This document shows, piece by piece, positions 62,254 to 64,000 of a DNA stretch of 64,000 bases. The position numbers and the translations under genes were made by a program. Numbering within the stretch: the stretch's first letter is position 1; every line of letters starts with the position of its first letter. Location of the stretch: assembly GCF_009914755.1 (NCBI RefSeq), contig NC_060946.1; one strand, 5' to 3'. The stretch comes from the human T2T-CHM13v2.0 reference genome, Homo sapiens. Below the pieces are notes generated by a model. It was given only the letters and a program-made list of their open reading frames with translations, was not told the DNA's origin and searched no databases.

Positions 62254-64000
62254 CACCAGCAGCCATGAACAGAGTGAGGGAGAGAGCCGGGAAGGGGAGT
62301 CCAGGTCCAGAGGGGGCGGGGGCACAGGAGAGGGCAGTGAGGCTGGCGCTTTCAGTCCCTGGGAATCCTAAGGTTGGCACAGAGCGATGGGCAGAGTTTC
62401 TTTGGAGCCAAGGGCTGCATTTGACTTGTTTAAGGAGGGGACCTGACAATGGTGAAAACTTCACAGGCAGCCGCGGGAAACAAAGGGACACGCAGCCTGC
62501 TGGGGCAGGGGAGGGGTGGCCGGGGACCATCTGCTGCAGAGGAGGGGAGTGGTGGGGCTGCTGCCACCTCTCCCCCCAACAAGGGGACCATAGGGAGGAG
62601 AAAGGCTCGCCTTGAGCACAAAACCCGCCTCCCCCAGCCCACCCCCTCAGCCCAGGACAAAGGCCGGCACACGAGTCCCGGCCCCTGCCGCAAGGCCCAC
62701 CTGCCACCCGACCGCCCTTAACCAGCCAGGCGGGCGCCCAGCGCTGCAGTTAACCAGCTCAGGCCCGGTCCAGACACTCCTGCCCCGTGCAGATGGGGAA
62801 ACTGCGGGCCGAAAGGGGAGGGCCTTGGCTGAGGTCACAGAGAGAAGTGAGCCAAAGGGTGAGAGACGTGGGGTAGCGAGCGAGGGCCTCCCTGTCCTTC
62901 CACCTCCTCCTCCATCTCAGCATCCTTCCTTCTTTCAACTTCAAGGACAAGATTTCTAGAGTCTGCCCCTCACCCCTTGGGTCCGGCTGAGTGGATTCAT
63001 CTCCCACTTCGGCCGAACCCTGCTCAATGTTTGCACTGTAAGGCGGGAACATCACGGCCATCACAGCCAATCTCTGGGGCTTACTGTGAGGGTGAAACAA
63101 GCAACTCGCCTGGTCTACAGCCCTGAGCAGTGGCATAGCTGCCAGCACCCCCACTCCCACCCCACTGCCTGATTCACATGTGGGATCGAGCTTGGGACAT
63201 GAAAGGGGTTGTTCTTGCCTGCATTTGCTGGCCTGGTACTGCCAGGCACAGCCGCCCAGGCTGAAGGCCAAGGACCCTCTCCTGTAGCCCAGTGACCCAG
63301 TCCTCACAGGGTTCCCAAGTCTCAGCAGGGGAGAAAAGCACCCAACCAGGAGCAAGGTTCTAGGTCCCACTGGGCTCTGTCCCCTCAGGCCTTCTGCGTG
63401 ACACCACGCCAGCCAGCACTTCCTCTCTCTGGCCTCAGTTTCCTCATCCGGGGCAAGGGCACCACCGCGGTGATGGAGATAAGACAGGAAACGGCCGTGG
63501 GCCACGTGAGGCCACGCTCCCGGGTACACAGACGCATAAACAGGAAGGCCTGCGGGAGGGCCCGCCTTGGCTGCTTCCGCAGGAAGAACCAGGATCTCCC
63601 CAAGATGAGAAGCCGTGTGGGGCCCAGAGAAGAGCTGAGGTGCTGGGGGCCAGCTGGGGAAGAGTTAATCCCAAGTACGAGGGCAGAAATCAGGGCAGGG
63701 TGCCCCTCCCCAGGAGGGCCTGGCCTCTGCCAGCCATCCTCTCCCCCTCCTTTTGGTCTTCCAGGAGGTCTCGACTATCTCCAAAGACTCAGTCACTTCC
63801 TCCCACTGAGCCAGCCGCCAAAGAGGGGACCGATGTGTGTGTGTGTGTGTGTGTGTGTACCCATTCTCCACCTCCCCCATCAACGGTCCCTAACACCGAC
63901 ATCACTAACTTTGCTTAAGGAAGATACTGGATGCGAGGAAGGAAAGGGCTGGAAGGGACTTGGCTCGCCGGAGCCGCACAGCCATGTGACAGACATGCCT

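Overview
Primate (very likely human) genomic DNA, Alu-rich and GC-rich. Exons 2-8 and the 3' UTR of MFNG (manic fringe) lie on the - strand at about 47.5-59.2 kb. All seven exons splice in frame to the fringe protein, intron 3 is a GC-AG intron, and exon 1 lies beyond the window. A CpG island at about 5.4-6.56 kb contains a - strand GTAAGT donor. From recalled 22q13.1 gene order (MFNG then ELFN2) this is most likely the non-coding first exon and promoter of ELFN2. The main finding is in the apparently gene-free 8.5-46 kb interval. Translating the - strand by hand gives a colinear series of decayed, partly splice-bounded exon remnants with MAM-domain and LDL-receptor class A motifs. This is a probable unitary pseudogene of a large MALRD1/MAMDC4-like protein. 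The same interval contains a probable Penelope-like (RT + GIY-YIG) retroelement fossil, a hAT/Charlie transposase fossil, a near-consensus REST/RE1 site and a divergent pair of CTCF motifs. The MFNG poly(A) signal appears to come from a MaLR LTR. All domain and repeat assignments are by eye, without database searches, and repeat boundaries are approximate.
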